DNA of 64,000 bases from Camelus dromedarius (taxonomy: Eukaryota), in the NCBI RefSeq assembly GCF_036321535.1, contig NC_087437.1:62250001-62314000 (forward strand), read 5' to 3'. Each line of letters starts with the position of its first letter. The first letter of the stretch is position 1. The translations under genes and the position numbers were made by a program. Positions 25,651-37,201 of the stretch are shown one piece after another. The notes beneath the pieces were generated by a model, which saw only the letters and a program-made list of their open reading frames with translations, had not been told where the DNA came from and did no database searches.

Positions 25651-28004
25651 ACAAACAGAGACAGGAAATTCCCTGCAAAAGCTCTGAGGATATATGGTGT
25701 TGGGTGGTGGAGCCCCTGGGCTCACTGCTGATTTCACCGTCAGCCACTTTGGAGAGGTTAGGAATGCCTGATTCCTCACTTACTCAGGCCAGGAATTTGG
25801 TCTGAGCTGGCTTCCTACCTGTTTCATCTAGACCGACAGACTCCCAGGGCTGGAATGGATCTGCGATGTCATCTGATTTATCCCCTTGGCTCCAAACAGG
25901 GCCTCTTCTAAGCCGTCTCAGATGACCAAAAATCTTGTCTGGATTTTTATGTCCCTGGGAAGGAAACACTCCGAATTCCTTAGACACCAGTTTTATACTT
26001 CCTGACTACTGTGTCGGAAGATTCTTTACTGAACCCTAAGATAGCAGAGCTGGAGGATTCCTTAGTAATCATCTAGGACAATCTTTGTTTTACAGATGAG
26101 GAAACTGAAGCTCAGACCACACAAGCAGTAGTAAAACCAGGACAAGAAGCAAGCAAGGGCCCTAAGACCAACTGGACTACTCTCTCCAAGGCTCTGTTTG
26201 TCCCCAACGATCTCTTGCTGTTTTCTCTTTTTCTATCTAGGAGGAGATGAAAATGTACTGGGGTCCATCTTTACTGTGATCAATCTTTGCAGGTTCTCTT
26301 GTGTTTTCCCCTACCCCACACCCTCACCCACAGGTTAAGCCCTACCTGGCTGACCTGAAATAGGTCCTTGCCTTAAAAGATAGAGGGATTAGAGAGGTGA
26401 CTCTGTGGTGCCTAAAGGGGAGGGCTTGTGACAGGTGCATGTTTGCTCCTTGGACCTTGGTAGTGAAGACATCCGTGAATCCACACCAGAAGCCTGTAAG
26501 GGCCATTAAATCCTCAAACGTTACTGGTTGTCTGGGTGGGCAACCCAGGCTATGGGAAATGTTTTCTGAGGAAGGGAGGAAGCAGCAGCAACCAGAACCT
26601 CTGAGCACAGTGTCTTGGCTTGTTGGGGTTTGTCTGGCTGCCTCTGGGAAGCTGTTAGTAAGAAAGCAGGATCCTGAGAAGATGAACTGGGGCCATGAGA
26701 GCAAACCAGGTTACTTACAGGGGTGTCATTGTATGGTACTTTCTTGAAAAGACCTGAAAATGCCATATGAGAGCCCTGGAAAGTTGGGTTTGTTTTGTGG
26801 CTCTTTAAAAACAAAACCAAACAAAACCAAATCATTATTCCTCACTCCCCAATTTAAGGTGAGCTCGTACATACAGATCATCCTTTATGCTTTCTGCCAA
26901 GTGACTCACTTGGACTGAATCACCGAAGAGTGGGCCTAGGTCTATATGCAGCTGCCCTGGACACCATGGTCTGCTCATTCCCCTGAAGTGGGAGGTCATG
27001 GGACTCAGAGACAGCAACAGAGAGGAGCAGAGAAATGGGGTGTGGAGACAGGTCTGAAAGAGAAGTCCACACTCATAGCTTCCTGATCATCTGGTGGTCA
27101 TACAGGGTTCCCAGTGGAACTGACAAGATCCCCAAGGAGTTGTAGTATTCATTTCAGTTGAGACATTGATTGGATTATTGCACATTTGGAATTGTGGTGC
27201 CAGAATTAATGATGCCACATGGTCATTCAGAAATAAATCCCTTAATCTTTGGATTTGGCTTCAGAATCTTGAGCAAGTTATTCTCCCATTATGAGGCCAT
27301 CTTCCTTCACCTAAAAATGGAGAGGCTTACAGCCTTAAGATTTTAGACATTTTAGCCTTTATTTACTGGGAAGGGAGTGAGTATGGAAACAAATGGAATT
27401 TTATTTACCAGGAAAATCTGTTTACACTAAATCTTTGACTCTGTCCTCTGAAGTTTTCCATTTAAAATTCAGAGATCACTGTACATCCTTCTGTTTAATT
27501 TGCGATCTGCAGCCCTTTTCAGGATATGAGTTCACCCTAGCTCTGCCTGAATTCAGTTTTCTCTGCAACCTGTTTGGGTGTCCTGGTGGTGACATTTCTG
27601 CAGAACTCTGGTGTGAGCCAAAGGCAGTGGTGGGATGGTGATGGAATCTAGGCTTGAGAGGGTGCGTGGTGGTGGGAGGAGGGGACTCCCGCGTTGGTTG
27701 CAGGGTGAGGTGTCAGGCTTGGCCACAGCCGACTCAGCCCTAGTACTGGGGCCTGGAGGAGTGGTGGAAGTGGAGGGTGGCATGTCAGATTAGTAAGGAT
27801 GGAGAGCAGGGGCACAGGTTCCACTGCTTTTGCATATCGAAACACTTTGTATAATCCAGTTAGTGCTAAATACATTACCCAGTACCTGCTTTTCACCGAT
27901 TGAGAATTTAAGGAGTTGGGAAATTCTGGTTCCCAATTCGGAAGACTCGGGTTTTCTAAGTGTTCTGCAAATGGCAAGGCAATACTAATTGGGGATGAGG
28001 GGAG

Positions 28005-28059
28005 CGTGTGTATGTGCGTGCGTGCGTGTGTGTCTGTGTGTGCGTCTGTGTGTGTGTGT
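28005..28059. repeat. Alternating purine-pyrimidine (TG/CG)n tract just upstream of the HEG1 CpG island
   Basis: gcgtgtgtatgtgcgtgcgtgcgtgtgtgtctgtgtgtgcgtctgtgtgtgtgtgt. Confidence 0.9.
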
Positions 28060-28064
28060 CCAGG

Positions 28065-28850
28065 GTTGCCGGCTCTGAGGACCTCCCCCTGCGGTCCCCG
28101 GCCGGCCGCTCGCGGACCCGGCCCCCGCCCCCTTCCTGCCCTCTCCCCGCCCCGGGCCGGCCGGGCCGCGCTCGGCCGGTGATGTCAACCCGAGGAGGAG
28201 CCGCCCGCCCCGCGACCCGCCCGGGCTAATCAGCATGTAGCGGCGCCGGGGCCGCCTCCGCCGCGCCTGCCCGGCCCCCGGCCTCCCTCCCGTGGCTCCC
28301 CACAACTTTTGAGGCGGGGACTGCGCTCGCAGCCTCACTTCGCTGACTTCCCCGGCCCCGCGCGGCACCCGCCGCCCGCTTCCCTCGCACCCGCGGCCGC
28401 CCAGCGCCCGCCCCGCGCGCCGGGCATGTGAGCCCCGGGCTGACGCCGCCACCATGGCCTCGCCGCCGCCGCCGCCGCTCCTGCTGCTGCTGCTGCCGCT
28501 GCTGCTGCTGCCGCCGCCGGCCGCCCCCGGGACGCGGGGCCAGCCGCCCTCCCCGGCCCGTCGCGCGCCGAGAGGGGCGCCCCCGGCAGACCCGACGCGG
28601 CCGGGACCCTCGGGCCGGGCCCCCCGAGGCGGGAGCGCGGGTGAGTGAGAGCCGGGGACGGGCGCCGGGCGAGCCCCGGGCTGGGGGCGTGGGCGCAACC
28701 GGGGCCGCGTCCCCCGCCCTAGGCCCCTCTGCGCCACTCGACCCGGGTGGGGGCTCCGCTTCCCCGGGCGCAGTGGGCCCTTGCGGGTGGGCCGGCGGCG
28801 GGGGGCAGGGCAGCGAGCCCGGAGAGTGCTCCTTAGACGCTTTCGCTGCT
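28065..28850 (+). promoter_or_regulatory. HEG1: CpG island and TATA-less promoter of HEG1
   Basis: Very GC- and CpG-dense, with several GC boxes (ccccgccc) and a CRE-like TGATGTCA at 28180-28187. It spans exon 1. Confidence 0.92.
28454..28640 (+). CDS. HEG1: HEG1 exon 1 CDS: signal peptide and Pro-rich N-terminus
   Basis: Perfect Kozak GCCGCCACCATGG. MASPPPPPLLLLLLPLLLLPPPAAPGTRG...GPSGRAPRGGSA matches recalled human HEG1. Donor G|gtgagt at 28641 (phase 1). Confidence 0.95.
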
Positions 28851-29454
28851 GGGGGGTGTGACCATCCTGTTCTCCCCACCACCTCTTGGAAGAAAACTTC
28901 TCTCCCAGGGTGTACCCCGGGACCCCCCTCCACCGCACACACACCTGCCTTTAAAAAAAAAGAAAGAAAGAAAAGAAAAATACCCCTAAACCTTCTAAAG
29001 CGTCTCTCCCACCTCGGAGGTGATAACATCCGGCCAGTTCATTCCCTAATTCCATTCTTTTTCCTATAGATACAGAAATGGCCTCTCCTGGTACAGAGCC
29101 TGACTTTCAAATATAAATAACTGATTTTTTAAGGGTTCTAGCCCTGAGGATATTTGTAAAGGACAAAAGATGTAGTTGGAAACCGAACACTCTACCGGCT
29201 CACTCTAAAGCAGAAGGACTGGGGGTACGGGGAATGGGTCAGGGTTCCAAGATGAAGCCCTGCAAGGCAGACGCTGACACAGGACTGTGCCGGAGCCTCT
29301 CCTCCCCTTTCCTTTCCCGAGGAGCTGCTGCTCCACACGCAGCCTCCGCCTGTCCTCTCAGAAGGGACCTGCTCTCTCTCCTCCAGACCTTTTTATCCAG
29401 TTCCTTCTTTAGGTCTGGAAGAAGTGCTAAGGACAGAGTGGAATTCCAGCCGTA

Positions 29455-29600
29455 ATACAATTGTGACCTTGAGGATGTCACCTCTTTTGATTTCAGTCTC
29501 TCCATCTGTGAAATGGAAGTAATAATCCCTGCTCTTCCCAGCCTTTTAGTGATGATGTGACAAAATGAAAGTAAAAATAAGTGGAAAATGCTTTGAACAA
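29455..29600 (+). mobile_element. MIR SINE
   Basis: tgtgaccttgagg...tcagtctctccatctgtgaaatggaagtaataat. Confidence 0.7.
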
Positions 29601-32600
29601 AGTCAGCAATGTCGTGGTGTTTAGACACTGCCTTCCTGTGAGTGACTCAAGGCATAGTTTGTCCGGTTATCTGGAGAAGCCTGGTCGCTTGCAACACTAG
29701 GTTTTGTTCTGGAGTTTAGGTGAAGGCTCACAAGGTTTCATCTTCCTAGTGGACACCTCATTTAAGTCTCTCATATCACACAGACTTTCTGATTTAGGAA
29801 TTAGCTTGCTTCATTGCGCTGAGGATGCTTCCTCTAATTAAATAAGAAAAACGTTTTAAAAAAAATCAGATCCTCCAGGAAAACTCAACTCTGTATTCAG
29901 TAGTACTCTCATCACAGCAAGTGCCTCATCCTTGTGAACTTCTCCATCACTGGCACATTGAGGAATTGAGGAACTGTAGGGGAAAGGAGCTTCCAAAGAT
30001 CTACAGGAGACACACCTGCAGTGACCCCCAACTCTGGGTGACTTACAGCATACACGGTTTTAAGTTCCATGGGAAGGAATCAAGGACATAAAAGAGAACA
30101 TTTCATGGCTTTCTCACACTAGGAAAGTAACCAAGGAACACTGCAGAAATTTGAGTCTTCTGAATGGAAGGTGGAGCGCAGAGGATTGAGACCATCTCAG
30201 AGGAGACAGCCAGGCACTGAAGGCAGCCTTCTCTGGCTGGTAGTCAGGCTTTCTTAGCTGCAGGGCCTGATCTTGTTAGGGGGATAGGTGGGAGGGATTC
30301 TGGTTTGGGGCCCTGGCTGGATGAGGCTGGCACAGGAGTCTCCTTCCTTCTCTTGTGGCTGAGACTCCTCGACACATCACAGAGAGGTAGGTGTTACAGG
30401 GAGAGGGACAGTGGCGGCAGCGGGCTTAAGGGACTCTGCAGGTAAGAACTGGAGCTGATCTCCCTTGCTGGTCAGTGATCCCCACCCCCACCGTAAGTGA
30501 CACACACTTCCTGGCAGGTGTGACAGGTAACTCTGCTCATCTTGGCTTTGCAACATTCCCGGTTGCAAAGATTCATTTTGGGAGGTGAGAGCGATGGAGG
30601 CTTCAGGTGCGTGAGGCTCTAGAGGAAGGCTTGTGAGAGTCCCAGAGAACAGGTAGGCAGGTGCCAGGGTCGTGGAAAAACTTCCTTTACCTAAGAGGTT
30701 CTCCTTTGGTGCCCCTACAAAGACCACCCAAGGAGTGCCTGCGCTTCAGCTCATCTAAGGCTGGATCTCAGGTGGGATGTCAGGAAGGTGAGGCTACAAG
30801 AGAGGAACTCGGTTATATGTTGAAAACTTCTAGAAGTTTCTAGAAGCTACTAACACGGCCCAGGATTCAGGCATGACCTGTGCTTCTTTTCTGATGGTGG
30901 CGCAAACAATGTCACTTAGAGGGAAACGGAAACAATGAACAAGAAGGCCAGCATGAAATGATTTTGGTGAGTCCCGAGTTTCCTAATAACCTCCAAGGAT
31001 TTCCTATGGGCCCTTTTTGATTGGCTACCGTGCACCACAAGGTACAATCAGATACTTCCCAAGGCAGCGAAGTCTCAACACTGCAAGGGCTCCAGAAGCC
31101 CTCTGGTCCACACAGCCTCCCACGTGGCTGTCTGCCCTCTCAACACCCCTGCCAGATGGCCAGCCAGGCTCGGCACTAGTGTTTTTGTGTTTGGGGAGGT
31201 GCTCACTCCTGCTGGTAATGAGCCCTGAGTCTTACAAATAAGGTGCTTCATACGATTGTTGGGGAAACTGCCTGCAGCCCCTTCTGCTGCGGAGATGCTG
31301 GTGGTCAGTGCTTGGCCCTCATGGCCCGGGCTTCCAAATACCATGTCAAAAGCAAGGACCAGAGATGTCCTTTTCTTCCCTGGGGCCATTTCTAGCCTTT
31401 TTCCTCTTGGCAGAGTTCAAGATTCTCACTGTTGAGTAACCGTGCTCACATTCTGTGGGTTGTTTGCCTGCCTTAGACCGCAAGTCCCTGTACGGCAGCA
31501 CTGCCCACCCACTTCTTGCTTGCATAGCCTTTGTTAAGCTTTTGTGCCCACCTGTCACCCGCAGGCTGTTCAGCTGAACTTGTTGCTGGTGTTCCAGCCA
31601 GTAGAGATAGAGAGGATGCCAAGTCCTAGAGGTTTTCGTTTTCTCGTTGTGGTTTGTTTTTTTAAGCAACTCAGGGCTTCCGAGCCACGGTTCTAAGCTG
31701 AGTGCTTAAGTTTATACACTGATTTTTGCGTGGGCCATGCATTAATTGTGAGATCTGCAGATGAGTGGCGGGGTGTGGGGGTGGTGGGGGGAGGCTTAAG
31801 TCATAATGAAAATCATTGCAGAAGGAAAGAACTTTCCCACCCAAAGGGGAAATGACGCTGATGAGCTGAGCAGCCTGCCCAAGGAATAATAATCTTAGAA
31901 AAATGCAGCCCCCTAGAGTAAAGGAAGCTCTGCGAGCCCAGCCCCTTCTGGGCTGTTCCAGAGCTGTCGCCTGAATCGCTGTAACGTTGTGGGCCAACTT
32001 GTCATTTAGCTTTAGCTGCGGGGGGAGCCATCACACAGTGCAGTGAAGACCAGGGCTGGGCAGGAGGCAGCCCCCAGGGAGTGGAGAGGGGCTTCCCTCC
32101 AGAAATGTCTGGGCCAAGGTTGCAGGGGAGGAGTGGGGCGGTGGTTGGTAGTGGTGGGGATTCCTGAGAAGCCCTCCTGCTTTGATGGAGGGTACCCCAA
32201 ATAGAAGGAGGATTGTGGAGAAAGGGACTCACCCTGGCCCATGTGTTTAAAAGCCACATCCTTTTAACCTCATGCGTGCAAATGCTAAACTGCTATTTCC
32301 TGCTCAAGAGCTGAACGGTGTGGGTAGGGTAAGAATGGAAGGTGTTTGATGCCCAGCCAGGCAGTTACTGCATCCCTAGTCCTGGAGCCTGTGCCCTCCC
32401 AGTGATCTCCTCCGCCTTCCAGCAGCCCTGCCCAGCTGGCTGAGAGCAGTGTTCTTAGAGCTGGCGTGTTGTCCCAAAGCCGCTCAGAGAGAAAGCAAAG
32501 CCCCGATGGCAGTTGTGGTTCTGTGAGCCCCTTAATGCCTTCATCGGTGGCTGCCCTGTGCTCCCACCCCCTGTTGTGTGAACTGGAGGCTTCAGCTGCA

Positions 32601-33499
32601 ATAAACATCCCTCCCTTCGAAGAATCCCGGGGAAGGAAGCAACAGGGAAGGAGATTCATTTGGTCCCTCTTTGACTTGTAGCCTTTGAGCACCTGTGTGG
32701 TCAAAATTTTTGCAGTCCTCACTCCATTCAACCCTCACAACAACCCTGTGAGGCACAGTATTGCCCTTTTACAGTGGTGGAAACTGAAGCCTGGTCATGT
32801 CAGACCACAGAGTGAACGGAGGAGGCAGAATTTAAATCGATTTGACCGAATCCATTTGCTATTTCCACAATATCATGCAGCCTGTTTTCTTGTCTGTAAA
32901 ATGGGGCAAGAGTCGTTCTGGATCTCTAAGATCCTTTCCAGCGCATTGTTCTTCTTCCTCTCTTCCTCGATCCCTTGCTCTTGCCCTCGGTTAGAGAGTA
33001 GGGACTAGGACTGGGATGAGAGATGGGATGAGGAGATGCTGGTGGTAATGGGAACAACCTGCAGAGTAGAGGCCTAAAAAAAAGACGAGGCCACAAGTCT
33101 TTGCACATGTGTAAAATGGCATTTTCTATGGAGGTTGTGAATTATGCCCTATTTATATGTCAAGCCATAGATTATTGATGCCAGAGGTCGCTACATTAAT
33201 TAGCAACCAAGCTGAAATGAATTGGTGATGTCCTTAATGGGCTGTTTCCTGGGAACATGGCTGATATTCTGAGGCAGTGTTATGAATACCTATTCAGTAG
33301 GAGGAGATGTAAATGGTAACCTATTCAGAGGCTGCAAAATTGTTTTCCTTTTAACATCTATGCCCTCTCCTACCCACTCTTCATGCATCTTGCATACACA
33401 GAAACAAAGATGTTTCTGTCCTGACTTCTCCCCCTTCTTTTGTTAGACTGTGGTACATGACTCAGTCTGCATCACATTTGACTGATTTGTACATTAGAG

Positions 33500-34260
33500 G
33501 ATATTTACAGACAGAGCCCTTTCTCTGTGTGAGGAACCACGCCAGGTGATGGGGTGTCACGGTCCAAGACTGCTGTACCCTGTTGGGAGCCCAAACACTA
33601 AATGTCAAAAAAAGTGAAATAATGATGCATGAGTGATTCATGGCTGAAGAAGTGTCACAAAAAGATCCTACTGACCTTAGAAGTGGCGTGGATAGGGATG
33701 GGCTGCCACAGGTAGAGGTGGAGAGACTGCTGGGGCGGGAAGTCCAGGGAGACATCCAGGAGAAGGAAAAAAAGTTTCTTGGATATGGATAGACGGAGAG
33801 GCAGGGAGGCTGTTGCATCAGCACAGTCCCAAATATTGAAATGCTTAAGATTTCTTAAATGCAGGGGATCCACAGCCAGGAAGGCGGCAGGTTAAGGGGT
33901 GGATTGGGGAGACTAGGCTCTAGCACAACTGGAGTCATTGAAGGGACTCAAAAGGAGGGCTAGGCAGATTGTGGAGGGCTTAAGAGGCTTGTTTAAGGCA
34001 TCCGGGTTTGTCTCATCATTGAGGAGCCCCTGAAGGCTTTAAAGGAAGGAGCAGTATCGTTTGCTTGTTCCCTTGTGCTTAGTGCTGGGGCCTCATACAG
34101 ATCTGCCTTTACAACAGCCCAGTAGTTACTGTAGAGAGATGGGAATGCTGGCAGGCAGCGTATCCATATGCTGGGAGGGAAAGACTGAAAACATAGCACG
34201 GACTAGCACGTGGGAGTGAAAATTGAAAGGGAGCAATGCAAAGGCCCTTTAAAAGAAAGA
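33500..34260 (-). mobile_element. Degenerate L2 fragment
   Basis: Purine-rich antisense L2-like sequence (ggagcccctgaaggctttaaaggaagga). Confidence 0.5.
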
Positions 34261-34265
34261 GTAAA

Positions 34266-34398
34266 GGGGGAGGGTATAGCTCAAGTGGTAGAGCGCATGC
34301 CTAGCATGTCTGAGGTCCTGGTTCGATCCCCAGTACCTCCACTGAATAATCAAATCAATAAATAAACCTAATTACCTACCCCCTGCAAAAAAAAAAAA
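34266..34398 (+). mobile_element. tRNA-derived camelid SINE (Vic-1-like)
   Basis: ggggagggtatagctcaagtggtagagcgcatgcctagcatg...gaggtcctggttcgatccccagtacctcc, then aataaacctaattacct tail and poly(A). Approximate TSD aagagtaa / aggagtaa. Confidence 0.88.
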
Positions 34399-36988
34399 GG
34401 AGTAAGGTAGGAGACCTGGTGATTGCCTGGCAGTGGGGATGATGGGGGCAAGGGGGATGGTGAGGAGCTGGTTTGCATCAGTTTAGATGTCTTCACTGTA
34501 AAGACTGCAGCCTGTCCCAGTGGAAATCTTCCACGGACAGTTGAGGATGCAGAAATGAACTCGGAGTGAGCCTTAGCAGCAGCAGATGCCACGGGAGACG
34601 AGGGCACCGGCTCTGACCCAGTGGAGGAATCCAATGTGGCTGGTGGGGAGGAGGTGGCACCCGCCTGAGGGTGCCGTCTGTGAAGGGACATGGAAGCTAC
34701 CTTGTATCTGCTAGGTCTTCTCTCATCCAGGTGCTATCCCAGTAGAAAGGAAGAGGGAGACGGGGAGAACGAGGCTTGAGGAAAGGCCATTGGCTTTGAT
34801 TCTGAAAATCTGGGGAGCCTGTGGGAGAGCAGGAAGAAGCCTGTTTGCCGTGTGATCAGATGGCAGGTGTTGGCCTCCCTGGGCAAAGTTGGAGAGTAAC
34901 GTGAAAGAGGAAAATCAGGGAGGTCCAGAACCCTTGATTCCCACCCCTAAACTCATTGCTGACCAGATCCTTCTATGTCAGGGGTTGGCAACACCAACCA
35001 CCTAGTTACTTAACAAGAAGCCTGGAAGTCATCCTGCATCCTCTTTTTTCCTCACCCTCCACATCAGTTCTATTTCTGGGTGATGTCCCAAATCTGCCCT
35101 CTTCATCTCCCCTCTCTTCTCTGTCTTCCCCGCGCCGCGTCTACTCATGCTCTCCGTCTACTCCATGCTCACAGAAGCCAGAGTGATCTTCTTAAAATGT
35201 AATTCAGGTAACCTCAGTCTCAGGCTGGACACCTTCCGATGGCTTTGCCGTGGTGCTGAGAATAAAATCCAGCCCCCCTGCTGGAATACCAGCTCAGCAG
35301 TTCTGACCCTGCCAGCTCTCTGGCTTCTTCTTGCTCCAGTCCCCATCCTAACCCAGACCATTGTCTCTATGTGCCCAACTCCTTCCTGTCCTGGAGACCA
35401 TGTACAGGGTGTCCCCTGGTTGTAGTGGAACCAGCCTTCCAGGCAGAGGGAGCCGCCAGTGCAGATGCCTTAGGATTGGAAGGAGCTTGCCTGTTTCAGG
35501 ATCGGAGAGAAGGAAAGCCACGCTGGCCGGGTCACATGGGGCGATGAGGGGGTCAGGCTGTCTTCCAGGTGCCAGGAGGGGTGTTAAACAGAGGAATGAT
35601 GTGAAGAGTGGACCGTGGGAAGCCAGGCTAGTTTGGTGCCTGACAAGTGGTGAGCACTCACGGCTGGTGGAATAAATGATTGCTCGAGATGTGAGAGTCA
35701 GAGATGGGAAGAGGAATGCATGCCTGCAGTACTGTCTCTGACTGAGCTGTCCTCACGTTCCTCAATCAGCAAAACACAGGGTAGGCAAGCCAATACCTCC
35801 CTCCTGCTTCACCCCCCAGGACAGTAGGACAGTAGACTGGACACTGGACTGTCTTCTTCTGCAGGTGAGGGAGAGGGCAGAGAGGCTGCCATTGGAGCAG
35901 GGAAGCCTACATCCTTGCTGTGGGTGGGGTATGGACTAGGGTTCCTGGACTGGGGTGCGGCTGCGCAGGAGGATCTCTGGAGTCAGGTTTGGATGTATGT
36001 CCTTGGAGTGTCCACCTTTGGCTTATTGTGTTCCTGCTTCCCTGTTGGCCCAGGAGCTGTTAGAAGGTGAGGATGCTTCTCCCTCTTCAGGGACGGGCCC
36101 CTGCTCCCTGGCATTTGTTTCCCCTGCCAGACCAGGGACCCTCAGCGCAGAGAGGCCGAGCTTACCGTCAATCAGCAATAAAGCCGCGAGGTGATGTTTT
36201 TGACTTAGGCTCAGGATAAAGTGCCAGCATTTTCGTATTTCTAAGCTGCATGATCATCTTCCCTTTAAAAAAATTTTTAAAATCCTTTTAAAACATTTAT
36301 TTCTTTCTGATTATAAAAGTTGTCTATGTTTGTCATATATAATTTGGAAATTAAAGAGAAGTAAAAGCAACAAATAAAATATCACCCATACTCCAACTAC
36401 TAGAAGTGTATTACAGTATTAGTAATTGCTATTATTTCTCATTTACATGGAATAATCGTCTATCTTTATCTCTCTGTCTGTCTATCCATGTGTATAGCCA
36501 TATGAATGTCCAGAATAGATATTGTTCCATTATACCATAGCTTTTTTCTGGCTATTTCTTTTTTGGATTTATAGACTGTTTTCAGTTTCTCACTATCATA
36601 AATAATGCTGCGATAAACATCTTTGTGCATCAGTTTTTATATTTATGTCTGATTATTTGCTTAATGTTAATTCCTGGATATGGAATTTTTTTTTTTTTTG
36701 GAAAATTTTAAGATTCTTGGCAGTCCTACCAGATGGTCCCTTCGAATTATACCAGATCATACTTTAACCAGCAAGATGAGGAGAAGATGTTTCATTGGAT
36801 GCTTGACTCTGCAGGGTGTCTGACGAGCAGGAAGCTTGGTGGATGCTGCTGGGGGAAGTGGGTTCCTCCGGAGCAGGCAGGCAGACTCTCCACCATGAGT
36901 GTGTTCAGAGTGACTACATCTGGGCAGGAGGCAGCCTAGCAAAGTGCTTTGGCAAAGTGACCAGGCAGAAGGGAACTACAGTATTTTA

Positions 36989-37201
36989 TTTTATTATTAT
37001 TTTTAAAATTGAAGTATAGTTGATTCACAATGTGTTAGTTTTAGGTGTACAACAAAGTGATTCAGTTATATACAGGATTCTTTTTCAGGTTCTTTCCCAT
37101 TATAAGTCATTATAAGTATTGAGTATAGTCCTGTGCTATACAGTAGGTCCTTCTTGGTTATATATTATATATAGAGTTGTTGTTTTTTTTTTTTTAATTT
37201 T
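36989..37201 (-). mobile_element. Short 5'-truncated L1 3' end
   Basis: ttgaagtatagttgattcacaatg terminus. 19-bp TSD agggaa(c/g)tacagtatttta at 36970-36988 and 37202-37220. Confidence 0.88.

Noticed and set aside
27985..29069. Long ORFs of 319, 267 and 213 aa over the CpG island
   Set aside because: They reflect stop-codon scarcity in GC-rich DNA and give low-complexity translations. The real CDS is HEG1 exon 1 in another frame.
34266..34340. tRNA-Ala-like gene (also at 52117 and 63030-63100)
   Set aside because: SINE tails and TSDs are present and the stems are degenerate. These are tRNA-derived SINEs, not tRNA genes.
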